NCBI GenBank assembly: GCA_964106645.2 | Contig: OZ067042.1 | Source of the DNA: Podarcis pityusensis | Lineage: Eukaryota | Reading direction: 5' to 3' (one strand) | Length of the DNA: 64,000 bases | Shown here: one piece after another, positions 25,831-37,605 of the stretch | How the letters are laid out: every line of letters begins with the position of its first letter | Position numbering within the stretch: the first letter of the stretch is position 1 | The notes under the pieces: model-generated | Database searches by the model: none | What the model saw: only the letters and a program-made list of their open reading frames with translations | Told to the model about the DNA's origin: nothing | Translations under genes and position numbers: made by a program

Positions 25831-27431
25831 ACACGCACCCAGGGTCCTGATGAACACCGAAATTGCCAGCAGCTTCACAAACTAATTTAGGCTGTGTTCA
25901 CACACAAAACAGCCGGGCAAAATGAAGTTCTCTCCCGCCCTGCCAACCTCACAGCAGCGCCCGAAGTTGCGGGCAGGAGAACCACCTTTTCCAGTTCCTT
26001 TTGCAGGTTCTTCTCCTGGGAGGGGAGGAAGAAAACAAGCGGGGGGTGGGAAGGTAAGCGAGAGAGATGTGCCGGGAGAAGACGACGATTTTTATCGGAA
26101 AGACTTAGCCCCACAGACGGAGCGGCTCTGAAAGTCAACAAATTTAGCTGGCAAGCACATGGCCCCCCAAAACGGCCCTTTGCCAAAATTTCCCTCCCCG
26201 TCCCGTGCCTGGGGCAGTTACCTGAATCTCTGAACGGCCCTCCGCTCACTTCCTCCCGACATGCGAACGCTAAACCCATCTGGAACTGTTTAAACCTAAA
26301 TATTCTCCTCCTCACCCCCCCAATAAACTCCCCAGTCCAAACTCTAGATTCCTCCGAAGTTAAAACAAGCAGAGAGAGAGAGAGGCAGAGGGAGAAGGGG
26401 CAACGAGAGAAAAGTGCCAGGGCCTGGCGCTTTCTCTCTCCCTCTCTCCCCCACTTTTCATTTTCAGTTTAATTTCTGCAGGACTAGGATAAATCTGTCC
26501 CTGGCAATTGGTCAAAGCCGACACGTTTTTCTCGTTAATAAGTAAAGAGGGGGCCTCGGGTTCCTCGCCGTCGGTACGTGCGGAAGACACACGGCGCTGC
26601 CACCCCTTCGACACCTCCTCTGCCTGCGCTGCCAAGCAACTCCAGAACCAGAGTCCCTTCCTTTCGCTCATTCTCCGGGGGTCCGAGAGGCAATGAAGCC
26701 CCTTCCCCTCTTGCCGGAGGAGGCAAGGGCTTCCCCCAGAAGGCCAGAGCAAATGCTGTAGAAAGAGGTGGCTTTGGGACGGGACTTCAGCAGCGACCGG
26801 AGGGCCTCTGTCCAGCCCTTTTTGAAGCTGCGAAGGAGAGTAAAAGCTGCTCAGGATCATAAAGATAACCCTCTGAGTCCTCGGGCGAATCCATGCAACT
26901 TCAGTGTCAAATGCAGCCTTCCCACACACAAACACGCGCAAAAAAACCACCAAAACCCCAGAGCTGGCATGCATCCTGTCGATTATAAACCCGGCCGAAG
27001 TTCCTACATGTTTCCTACATTTCACATTCCAAGGTGGGGGCTTGGGGGAGGGGAACAGGTGCAGGGGAAAGCTGCAGGCTCCTAGAGACACAAGAGGAGG
27101 AAAAACACAAACACACACAAAAACAAAAAGCCCATCACACACACCAGAGCAACAAGAGGGTTCCTATGTGCTGGGGAAACGGGCGACACAACGGCCTTAA
27201 GGGAGCCATGGGGCCTGGGCTGACTTTCACAGCAACGGGGAAAGGGTCCAAATATTACGCTGCTGCTGATATTTCCCTTGCACGGAATCACACTTCCAGT
27301 TCCTTGCAAACCTATCCATCTTTTCTTTCCCCTGAGCATTTGAAATGTCCTATGCATCTTTGATAGACATTTACATTTTTCTGTTGTGAACCGTTCTGGG
27401 ATCTTTTAATGAAGGATAGCATACATGTTTA

Positions 27432-27478
27432 AATTATTATTATTATTATTATTATTATTAATAATAATAATAATAATT
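27432..27478. repeat. (TTA)n(ATA)n self-complementary microsatellite
   Basis: Direct observation. Confidence 0.9.
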
Positions 27479-30400
27479 GCTCATTCTTTCTTGTATCTCC
27501 ACTGCATGCCTGAAATGCAGCTCTTTTTTTAACAAAGGAGAAGATAAACCCTACTAGACGGCAGCGCTCGCTGCTAAGAGGTATCCAACACAATCCCTCG
27601 AGTTACAAAATTTCAGCGGCATGTCTGTGCAGGGAGCTCATATCACTCCAAAAACATTGCTCAAAGGGGCCTTGCTCAGCCAGGCCCAGATTTAAGACCC
27701 ATTTTCATCTTACACACCACCCAAACAATGCCATGGCATCAAATACGCACACACAAATTCCAGCTGAATTTAGCAGAGGGGTTTGAGAAGGATCTACTTA
27801 GGCCAAGCTCCATGGCTGGCAGATCTCACATGCTGAAATGGAGGATAGTTCACAGAAGCTGTGGAGCTATGGAACTAGCTCCACCTTCTCAAACTTGGTG
27901 CCCCCTCCAGGTGTTCTGGACTACAATTCCCATCATCCCCTGCCATCATGGCACAGGTGATGGGAGGGTGGCAGGCTGAGGAAGGAAGCTCTAGCGTTCT
28001 TCCATGGTGCCAATGTGCTGCCCACAAAAGAACAGACCCAGATTCCATCTGAAATGTGCACATGCAGCTGCCATGGCCAACACTTCTTCTCAAACCCGCC
28101 AGAGACATGCAACTTCCCTCAGATGGCAGCCAGGCACAAGGCTACAAGAAACTACTCCTTTCGCCCAAAGTTGCTGTCTGTCTCTCCTATTCCACAACCG
28201 TGCAGCAGGCCCCCTTCTGCTGCAAGACATGCCCCACCCCAGAGGATGCAGGAGAGCAGGACCTTGAGGACGGCGAACAGATTCTGCTTTCCAGCCACAC
28301 GCTGTGCAGTATTAATTATGGCAGTCAATCTAGCCGCCATTTTGACTCCTCCACCTGCCAATAGCCTCTAATGAGAGGCCCAATCGTTACACTATCTTTT
28401 GTTCCCCAGATGCGATCTTTGTGGAGTCACAACAACCTGCTCCCTCATTAACGCTGCATCTCCACATAGTGGCTTTGTGGAAACAAGAAAGCTTAAGTGA
28501 GGGAGGGCCGCCATATTTGCAAGTGGAGATGCATGTAAACACACAAACGAAAATGCCCACACGAGATGATGCCCCGTAACACGGGGCAATATGGTTTGGG
28601 GATTCCGGTTTTACGGATGGGAATCCCTCAAGTTCTGGAAATCCTGTCCGATGGGACAGCTTGGTCTTAAGTGGAAAAAACTGGACATCTGACCAGCCAG
28701 TCTATTTGGCAAAGAGGGAAGAATCCCAAAATGGGAGTCCAGGGGGTGGGTGGGCAAAGCAACACAAGCGCCTATGTGACGTGGCTCCAGAACCCTCTAC
28801 TCCATGCTCCCAGAGAACATGGTTCCCCGCACATGCGCACTGATGCCTGCCTGCCCCCTTCGCTCATGCTTGGCACCACAAGGAGAAGCTGAACCTGGAA
28901 AAACCAGTTTGAGTCGGCACCGCAGGTAAGTAAAAGCGGGCCTGGAAGAAAAACACAACACAGAAAACAACACGTGAGCCCATGATTCAGGTTCCTTGGG
29001 ATGTTTAATTAAAACCTGCCGAGTACCCAGTCGCCAGCAACCGCCAAAACCAGCCTGCGGGAAGAAAGGGGGAAACGCAACCGAATATTTAATGCACGAT
29101 GCCAGCCTTGACAAGAACTTTAAAAAGGAGGAGGAGGAGGAGGGAAAAGCCCCAAATGCCACCACAAAGGGTGCTTGGGCACGAATCGTCCGGCACTAGG
29201 GATTCCCCACCATTAAGGGAAATGGAGGGAACAGAGATCATTTTAGCCCAAGAGAGTCAGCATCATGATCAGCCTAGCGCTTGCCCATGTAGCTCGAGGT
29301 GAAGCTCAGTTAGGCGGGGAGAAAATAAGAAGATGAGAGCAAGGAAAGTATAGAAAGTACAGAGAACACCGTCCCGGGAGGGGGGACCCTCAGAAGTCCA
29401 CGCAGCTCGTCTTGTAAGCTTGCCCTCGTCGCCAATTAGCCGGCTGCTCTTCTGGGCACAAAGGAACAGCCTCTCTCTCCCCCCAGACGGATGAGCCAGC
29501 TTGCAAGGAATGGGAGATTTAATGAGCTCGGCCAGAGCTTCCCGAGTTCTGTGACCAGATTCCCCTCAGCCTTATCCTAAAGCATCAACAAAACAGCAGG
29601 CCCAGCGTCCCCGCCGAGAGAGGAGGCAGTTCAGTGAACTGTAATTAAAAGAAAGCAAATCTCGCTCCGTCAGGGAAATACCTGGCAGCGCATCTATAGA
29701 ATCGGGAGGGGAGAAAATGCGTCGTTGCAAGCGGACGCACCACGCACATCGTGCTACGTCAAAACATGCACCTAAATACGTGCATTGTGCTACACTAGAC
29801 TGGGAGCCCACTGCCACAGAAACAAATGCACTATAGAATTCAGCCAGGCTTTATAGAGCTAAAATGCCCCTCCCAAACCAGCCTCCATCTTCGCTCAACT
29901 CAAGCAAAACTTGGGAAAGGATGAACACGCTTCCCTCCTGACCTACTTAATGCCACAAGCACCCCCGTGCTCCACATTAAACTAACGTGAAACAATCTCT
30001 CCCACCACCCAGTTCTGTATTTACATTCACCTGCATGGGCTTCACCCACAAAGAGGTGGTGATGGTGGGAAAATCCACTTTTTAAACCGCACCTTTAATC
30101 GCTAGGGTAGTGGTTAAAGGGTCTTATGAGATAACTTTTGGGCATTTAGTGGCCTTATGGAGCTGCTCTGCAGCACAGGGAGTTGAGCGTAAACCGAAAT
30201 GTGGCCCCCTCCGCTTTCCATTTGTCCCCAATATCCTCCTCCTCCCAATGTCTCAGCAAAGAGTTATTCATTTACCCAGTCATGGGAATACAGGGGGCGG
30301 AGGAGCCCTTTGCAAAAGTGGAGAGGTTAATTGTGCCCCGAATCCCTCGGTGCAGTGTCCGGGTGCAAGCTGGCCAGGACAAAGGAAAAGGAAACCCTCG

Positions 30401-33400
30401 AGGTTTTGCAGGGACAGGAGCTGCTCTTGCCCCTACAGAGTTTGTGCCTCTTTGTGCGCAGGTGAGCAGGCAGGAAGAAGAAAAGGAACCTGTCCTTTGC
30501 CATTGTTCCCAAACCAGTATTATTAATTCCTTCCCTTGCGCTCAGCCCTGGGGGGGAGGGGGAGAAGCACAGGGCATCAGAAGCACTAACAGGTATAGAA
30601 AATGTGATTTAATGCAGTTTAAATTAACGGCGTATCGTTTTTCTCTCTCTTTCCAGCAGAACAGGAGTGGGATGGTCCCAAGCAAGGGAAGCAGCAAAAA
30701 CTGAGCAAAAGGGAAAGAAGAGAAAGCTTGCATTTTCCAAAAGCGCTCCTCCTTCCCCTCCTGCGCTCTTCGGCCGAGCAAGGGAAACCTATTCCCGTGG
30801 GGCCTCGGCTCCCCAGCCCAGCTCGCCTCTCTTCGCGTTCAAGTGCCTTTGCCAGAGAAAGCCGCCGCCGTTGCTTCTGGGCCAGAGCATTCCTGCTCCG
30901 GCAGGCTGAGGCGCTGCTGAACCAGAGAAGAAAAACACACTGTAACTTCAAACAGACCCAGCACGCTTGCACAGAAATCTGGGGGAAGGAACCATTTTCT
31001 TCCCAGCCCTTACAAAGCCCTCTGTGACTCGCTGCTGAAAAGCAGGCTTCTCCACACACACACACACACACCCTTCCACCGCTCTCCTCCTCGGCCCCTC
31101 GACGTCTCCCCTTCTGCGCTCCCTTGCAAAGAAACTGGACTCTCCACCAGGCTCCCGATAGGTCAAGCCAAGTGGAGCAGCGGGGAGGAGAGGGGAGAAG
31201 GAGCACAATTGAACAGAGTCGTGTTGCATTTTTTTTAAAAAAGCCCAGACACAAGTCTAAAAATGTGCACGCTCACACCCCAGCCGACCGCAAAATCCCA
31301 ACTCTCACGGGTCAGGACGCAGAGGTAACAAAACTAGCTGGGAGTTACACATTTCTGGCACCGAAACCTGACAGGGCAGCGCGAGGTGGCAGAATCCCCG
31401 GTTACTAGCAGCTGCGGTTTATATAGAGTGTGCGCATATGGATTTATTGCTGCTATGGATTTATTATTAGCACTAAAGTAATGCATACACTAGATTTACA
31501 GTAACTGCTCAAAAACGGCACAGTCTGGATCAGGAAGCAGCTTTTTTAAACAGCATGGGGGTGGGGACCAGCAACACAATGTGCGTATTATTTTTATTTT
31601 TAAGTGCGAGCCCCCGCCCCACAAAAAGGGAATGTAAGAGCGCATTCCTGGTGATCTTAAGGGTCAAGCGACCCTGATTCGCAGAGTTAAGTCACAACAT
31701 ATGCCGCACACGCCACTGCTCGGTTTACACGCAGCCCAGCTGGAACAAAAGGCAGAGCAGGAAAAGTGCAGGTTGAGAAGCCAACTCTCGAACCCACCCA
31801 AGAACACGCCCCGCGGACCCCAAGCAAGCGCCTCGCGGAGAGAGCCTGGCTCGAAGCTGAGGCGCAAACTCCTCCGTCTGCGAGGTGGTGCTCTTTTTAA
31901 ATACACACACATAAGGGAAACAGTTAAAAAAGGAAAAGGGAAAAAGTGTTGCTATTCCTGAGCAAGCCTTTCTATAGCCTCCGATTTGCTCTTCGTTTAG
32001 GAGGTTAACGGGGACCTGATCGATGACAAGCTGCCACCCCATTTTCTCAAAGCAGGACAGGACAAAGACGCATTGATCTACATGGGCCTGACAATCACAG
32101 CGGCAGAGAACAGAAGAAACTTAAGGGAAACACCTGAAGTGTGGAGCGTGGCAGACACTGTACCCATGAAGCACGCCAGGCCAGAGAAATCAGAACACCA
32201 AGACGACAAAGAGAAGGTAGGCAGACTTGCAGAACGCACAACACTGGTTTTAAGTCTTGTGATGTGTCCCCTTCACAAAGCCAAGAGATCTTTGTGGGTT
32301 TGGCGTGGTTTCTGATACAATTTGGTGACATGCCTGGGCTGTCCCCATCTGGACAAATGGAGCTGCATACATGGAACAGGGGAAAAATCTATCCCTCTGC
32401 AGGAATTTCTAATTCAGTGTAAAAGGCCCTTGTTCTCCAGGAGTTAAATTATCTTGGAGAAAGGGAGATATTCCACGAAGTGGCTGCCTGCCTGTGTTGA
32501 TGCCTCGCCTTCCAGCTGAGGCAGTTCCCAAAAAGGCGGAAAAGCTCCAACCTTGTTCTGCACAAAAGGAGCCAAGGTAATTTGGAAGGAGGCATGTTTC
32601 TTGAAAATCTCAGAAGGAGCCAAAAAGGGTTCCTTACACACACACACCCTCCCTCCCACCCCTTCTCTTTCTCTCTCACTCTCATTTCACCACAAACCCA
32701 GCGCCTTTGCCATCCCAGCAAAAGAATGTGCCTGTGAAGGAAAACTCGAAGCCAGCGTCAAACAGGGGAGAAGAAGAAAGGAAGTCAAAAGCATGTTTTT
32801 GAATGTATCCGAGGGCAGCGATGCTGAAGCTGGCAGGTTTTAAGATCTGATGTATTTGGGGAAATTCACAGGAGCTACTTTAAAGACACAACTTCCATAT
32901 TTTGTGTGGAGGGGAGGCTGGGAGGTAGCTGGAGAAATGAGGCTGCCTATTAAGAAAATTCCCCAGCACTGATTTTTGAGAATGTGTCACATATGTCTGC
33001 ATTCCAGCTTCTGTGCTGTTCTTCTTGTGCATGCTGAAAACATCCCCCCCCCCCACTCTCATTTTGACAAGATTCAGAACACAAAGGGCAAGATGAACCA
33101 ATTTTTTCCCCGAGCTTGCTCAAAGGCCCAACACCTTTTCTCTGATGGGACAAAAGCTCATGATTCCCAAGCATTTGGCAAAATGACTAAAGTTAAAACT
33201 TCTACCAGAACTGGAAAACAACCAGTTTTCTCTCCTCTGGTCTTGCAATTCAACTGAGTTGCAAGCCTTTCATCCTGGTTCTTGAATGCTCAACCTTTTG
33301 GTGAGGCTAAAGAGACCATTTCTGGCCTTCAGGACTGAGGGGTTGTGGAAAAGCAAACTTGAAATCTGCCTACACCCAAAAGGAACATTAATGTCTACTG

Positions 33401-34213
33401 TTCTTTTGCTAAAGATAAGAAGCATATGGAGGGAGATTCCACTAGAATACAAACCTCTCCATTTCTGCTAAAATTGTGCTTTATACTAAACAGAAGTATC
33501 ATTTGGGCTTAAAGCAGGAATAGGATACTCAGGCTATCTTCAGGTGGCTCCAACAATTTCTGCAGAATCGGAACTTTTCAGTGAGACATATATGCTGTGA
33601 AATGCAACAATTAAGTAAGCCACTGCTCTTACATGTTAGGCTCTCTTACAGAGCGAACTCATTTTAAAACAAACTCTGAACTTGGCTTTTTTGTTTTCAA
33701 AGTCTACCATGAACTGCTTCATTTCACAGCTTTGCTTTTCTGTTTAATGCAGGCCAAGTGACAGAAGTGCCCTCTCTGCCTCCGCGGTTCCCAATCTGAA
33801 GAAAACAACATCCTGCTCCCACAGCCAGAAGAAAGCAGTCCAAAGAGCTGAGAAAAGAATGCAAACCCAAATTTTGAGCTGCAGAGGTCTAAAACTCACC
33901 CGCAGTCAAAAGCATGGCGAACTTAGCAACTTTATGGATAGCACTTGACAGCTCTGAGGATCTCTTCTCTCTCATCTGCCACTTACAACACAATCGCCCT
34001 CCAAAATCTAGCTGAGCCAACTCTCAGCAACCCACACAAGGGGCAGCAAGGGCCAGTTGGCCACCAGCTTCCTTCGCTTGCCCCCCAATTTTGAAGCTGC
34101 CGGTGTCATAGCACAGGACCTTGCCATTAAGCAAGGGTGGTGGCCCTATCTAACGCCACGGTTCAGAAAGTGGGGGGCGGAGGATCTAAGCTAGAAGACC
34201 CTGGAAAGACCAG

Positions 34214-34283
34214 ATAATAATAATAAATTTTATTTATATCCCGCCCTCCCCAGCCGAAGCCGGGCTCAGGGCGGCTAACAACA
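34214..34283 (-). mobile_element. Short, young-looking L2-type 3' tail
   Basis: (ATA)n..TTTATTTATATCCCGCCCTCCCCAGCCGAAGCCGGGCTCAGGGCGGCTAACA; CpGs retained. Confidence 0.7.
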
Positions 34284-34817
34284 CTAAATGGTGAGACTGG
34301 AGCTCAGGCCAAGAGGGCATGCTTCAGACTTGATTATTTTCATGGAGGCTGCCACAGATTTGTGGAACAGAGGCTGGAGGGCAGAAGAAGGGGCCAAGTG
34401 TTTGAATGGAGGGTGGGCAGGGCGGAGGTGGAACAACTGCCCATCCCAAACAGACAGGGACAATGGCTTCTCTCCAGGCACCCATCCAAGGCAATGGACG
34501 TGTGTTCTTGGGCTTGTATGTGGACTCAGGACAACAGACACCTCTGGAGGCTGCCTCTCCATCTGATGTCCGATATAAAGGTTGAAAGGGTTCGTGACTC
34601 TGGAAAAGGGTGGGGTTCTTAAGCACCCCCGGTACCCCAAAAACGCAAATATTTAGTGTGTGTGCATCCGCAGAATTCAATGTGCACATACAAAGGTGAG
34701 TGCCAAGCTGAGGTTTTCACCATTTCGCTCCCTCGGAATGGGGATCCCCCGACGGAGAGGCCGATCCCCGCGGGAAATCTCCCCCCACTGCCCCCCAAGG
34801 GATCCGCGGGGCCTCAC

Positions 34818-34905
34818 CTTCCAATGCGCGGCAGCCGCCCGGCAGCAGAAGCAGCAGCACCACCGGGAGCAGCGGCTGGGGCGCCCCCGGGCGGGCCGCG
34901 GCCAT
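34818..34905 (-). CDS. EPHB3: Ephrin type-B receptor 3, coding part of exon 1 (signal peptide)
   Basis: Minus strand reads GCG-ATG-G (good Kozak), then MAAARPGAPQPLLPVVLLLLLPGGCRALE + G|GTGAGG (29 codons + 1 nt, phase-1 donor). The hydrophobic signal peptide ending GCRALE matches EPHB3 (..AGCRALE/ETLMDTKW) and not EPHB1/2/4. Lies in a CpG island. Confidence 0.93.
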
Positions 34906-35780
34906 CGCGGGGCCGGAGCCCGGCGGGGCGGCTATACAATCCCGAGCCCCCGGGGCGGGCGCGGACCTCCGGCGCGTCGCTGCCGCTGCTCCTCGGCGGG
35001 GAGCGCACGGTCCGCCCCCGGCGTCGGTTCGGCGTCCGGCGGGCTGATCTTTGCACCCAAAAAACCTCCCGAAATTAAACTCCTCCAGGCTCCAGCGGGT
35101 CGATCCAGTAGTCCCGGGCGGTCCCGAAAGGCGCTGTCCGCCCAAGGCGCCTCGTACTCCGCCAAAGAGAGACAACAGTCCTGCCCTCCCTTCCTCGCCC
35201 GACCCCGCAGCCCGAGCGGAGGTGGCTTTGGACGGGCGCCCTCCGGAACCTCTCGCCGGAGCGGGTCTTCCGACGGCACCAACAGCTCCCCGGAGTTCCG
35301 CGCGCCTCTCCAGGGACGCCGCTCTCCCCAGCAGCTCCGGGGGGCTCCCTTGCTCGGTCCGGGGGACTTGGAGCGGATCAGAACCGGCCGGGGCTTCTCC
35401 AGACGACCGCTCCGGTCCGCGATGCGGACAGCGGATCCCCGCTTGGCTTGCTAAGCTCCGCTTTCTCTTGCGCTGCTGCTGGGTCGGAACCGAAGCGGGC
35501 TCGTCCAGGCCCTTGCGGACGGTCCGGTGCTGAAGCGCGGCAGGGCTGGAGTGCCAGAATCTCTCCCGCCCCACACTCGGTTTTCTCTTGGGTCCGCGCT
35601 GGACTGGGGATTCCCCGGCGTCGGGGATCCGCAGAGGGTCCTCCTTCCCGGCTGGAGAGACCCGAGAGGCTCGGTGCGCGGCAGGCTGCAAGCGACTCGC
35701 GGGCTCCGCACGCAGCCAGCGCCGCCCCTCGCTCGGGGATCCTCTCTCGGCCGCTCACGCTCTCGCTCTGGGCGCTCCTG
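34906..35780 (-). other. EPHB3: Inferred EPHB3 5' UTR (TSS approximate)
   Basis: Lies between the CCAAT/GC-box cluster and the ATG, with no upstream ATG on the minus strand. The TSS position is inference. Confidence 0.55.
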
Positions 35781-35819
35781 CAAAGCCGCCGCGGCTCAGA
35801 CCCAGGGGGAGGAGCCCGG

Positions 35820-36005
35820 CTGCCAATCGCGCCCAGGGCCGCGCCCCCGGCAACCGGGCGCCCGCTCAGCGCGGGCCAGGCGCGGCGGGAACGCCCCTAG
35901 CAACGCCAAGCCTCGCGCTGATTGGGCGGCTGGCGTCCTCTGGGTTGCCGCCTCCCGAAGTGGGGAGGCGGGGCTCCGAGGGAAAGATGAATTGGAAAGG
36001 GCGGA
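35820..36005 (-). promoter_or_regulatory. Proximal promoter: three CCAAT boxes, GC boxes, RFX-like half site
   Basis: CCAAT 35823-27; ATTGG 35921-25 and 35991-95; GGGCGG 35924-29 and 35999-36004; GGGGAGGCGGGGC 35962-74; CCTAGCAAC 35896-904. Confidence 0.7.
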
Positions 36006-36062
36006 CGCTCCGAGACCAGCTCTCAAGGCTCACTGGCCGGGCGGGAGGCACGCGAGGAGGGT

Positions 36063-36078
36063 GCTCCACCTAGTGGGC
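36063..36078 (-). promoter_or_regulatory. CTCF-like motif
   Basis: Minus strand GCCCACTAGGTGGAGC resembles the CCASYAGRKGGCR core. Confidence 0.4.
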
Positions 36079-37040
36079 GAGTGGGGGATTGCCAGCTATT
36101 AAAGCGCTGCGGTGGGAGGTGGGGGGCTCCCATTCATGAATGGGCAGGATGACATGGGAGGCGGGGGGAGGGGAAGCCTGAGAGTTAACAAAAGATAGGA
36201 ATAAAGAACTCCGCAGCCGCAGCAGCATGGAGATAGCGGCAGATTTCGCAGATATGGCATGGTCAGGATTTCCCCAGATACTCCTGCGAGCAGGTAAAGG
36301 AACCATGTGCTGACATAAAGCCTTCTGCTAAGTATAGACCCTATACTTTTGATGTTGCAAAATGTGTCCTGCAACAAGCCAGTGAGATACTAGAACTGCC
36401 TTAGTGGGGGAAGCACACTGCATTGCCCACGCGTCATTTCACTTCATTAGTTGTTCTGTGACGCTTCTCCCAATGTCACCACAATATTGCCATCTGGAGA
36501 GCCCCTCTTGAGCTACAGCTCTTAACATGCGACAACAGCAACAATGTCCGTTTGCGGTTTAAAAAGTTACGGTTTTTCAGCAGGACGTTATGGATCCTGC
36601 ACCAATTGAAAAGGAGGCAGTGTGCTTGGCACTTATAACCAACTCATGGGCACATGGCATTGTTGTTGTTGGCCTCCGTCTGTCTCGAGAGACAATGGAG
36701 TGCGCCTCCGGGGGGTGAAGTCAAACTGCTGCACTAGCAGCACTGAAGTGACCTCCCCCGGGTTGCAAGCCTGGGCAGTGTGTGTGGAGCTCCTGGGCTG
36801 CCCAGACGACAAGACCCTCTTCTCGGCCTCACTGATGGGGTCCACAGGAGCCAGCTGGGTTGGAGGAGTTGCCAGAAGGAGGTGCACAAGGTGCCACTGA
36901 ACCATCTTAGGAACTCCTCTCCAGATTTGTGTAAGGTTTACTCCATTGTCATTTCTTCTCCTGAAGACATCCCACAAGGCAGTGGAAGTTTAGGACCAGC
37001 GTTTTCCTTCCCCTAGATGGGCTCCCTTCCCATGTGGACG

Positions 37041-37318
37041 CAGAGGCGGAGCAACCTGTTCCGGTACCTGGAGCGGTGTTTGTCCCAGGCGGTGTGATGC
37101 GCTCCTGAGGGGGTGTAACACACCGCTCGCGGGGGCATGGCATGCATCCCGAGGGCGTGGTGTGCATCCCAGGGGCGTGGCACGCATACCGGGGGTGCAC
37201 AACGAGCAGCGCATGCCCCGGGAGGTGCCACAGATAGGGAGTACGCATTTTGTCTCACCCCCTTTGGAATGGCACCCAGGGCAGACCACCCCCCTGCCCC
37301 CACTTCAGAACGCCCCTG
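37041..37318. mobile_element. hAT MITE
   Basis: TIR CAGAGGCG/CGCCCCTG; perfect 8-bp TSD TGTGGACG (37033-40, 37319-26); internal ~20-bp GC-rich repeats. Confidence 0.92.
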
Positions 37319-37354
37319 TGTGGACGAGCCCTATCTACCCCTCACTTCCCTCTA

Positions 37355-37605
37355 GAGTGGTACCTCTGGTTGCGAACGGGATCCATTCCGGAGGCCCGTT
37401 CGCAACATGAAAAGAGCGTAACCCGCAGCGGCGTGTTTGCGCACGCACGGGTTGCGATTTGGTACTTCTGCGCATGATGTCATTTTGCGCTTCTGTGCAT
37501 GCTCGAGTGGTGAAACCCAGAAGTAACCCTTTCCAGTACTTCCGGGTCACCGCAGGACGTAACCTGAAAGAACGTAACATGAAGCGAACGTAACATGAGG
37601 CACTG
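37355..37605 (+). mobile_element. Tc1/mariner-superfamily MITE
   Basis: TA-GAGTGGTACCTC ... ATGAGGCACTG-TA; same family as 61860-62119. Confidence 0.88.

Larger units (their letters stand above)
1..34817 (-). other. EPHB3: EPHB3 intron 1 (continues beyond window start)
   Basis: Begins at the GTGAG donor (34817). No ETLMDTKWVTSELAW-like exon 2 found by eye or in the ORF track. Confidence 0.8.
34720..36250. promoter_or_regulatory. CpG island covering the EPHB3 promoter, 5' UTR and exon 1
   Basis: Very high GC and CpG density, with no recognisable TE. Confidence 0.92.

Noticed and set aside
26360-27142. 260-aa minus-strand ORF as a possible EPHB3 exon
   Set aside because: No similarity to the Eph ligand-binding domain; includes simple-repeat translations.
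34660-35454. 264-aa plus-strand ORF and other long ORFs across the CpG island
   Set aside because: R/G/P/A-rich low-complexity translations expected from GC-rich DNA; antisense to EPHB3 exon 1; no recognisable domain.
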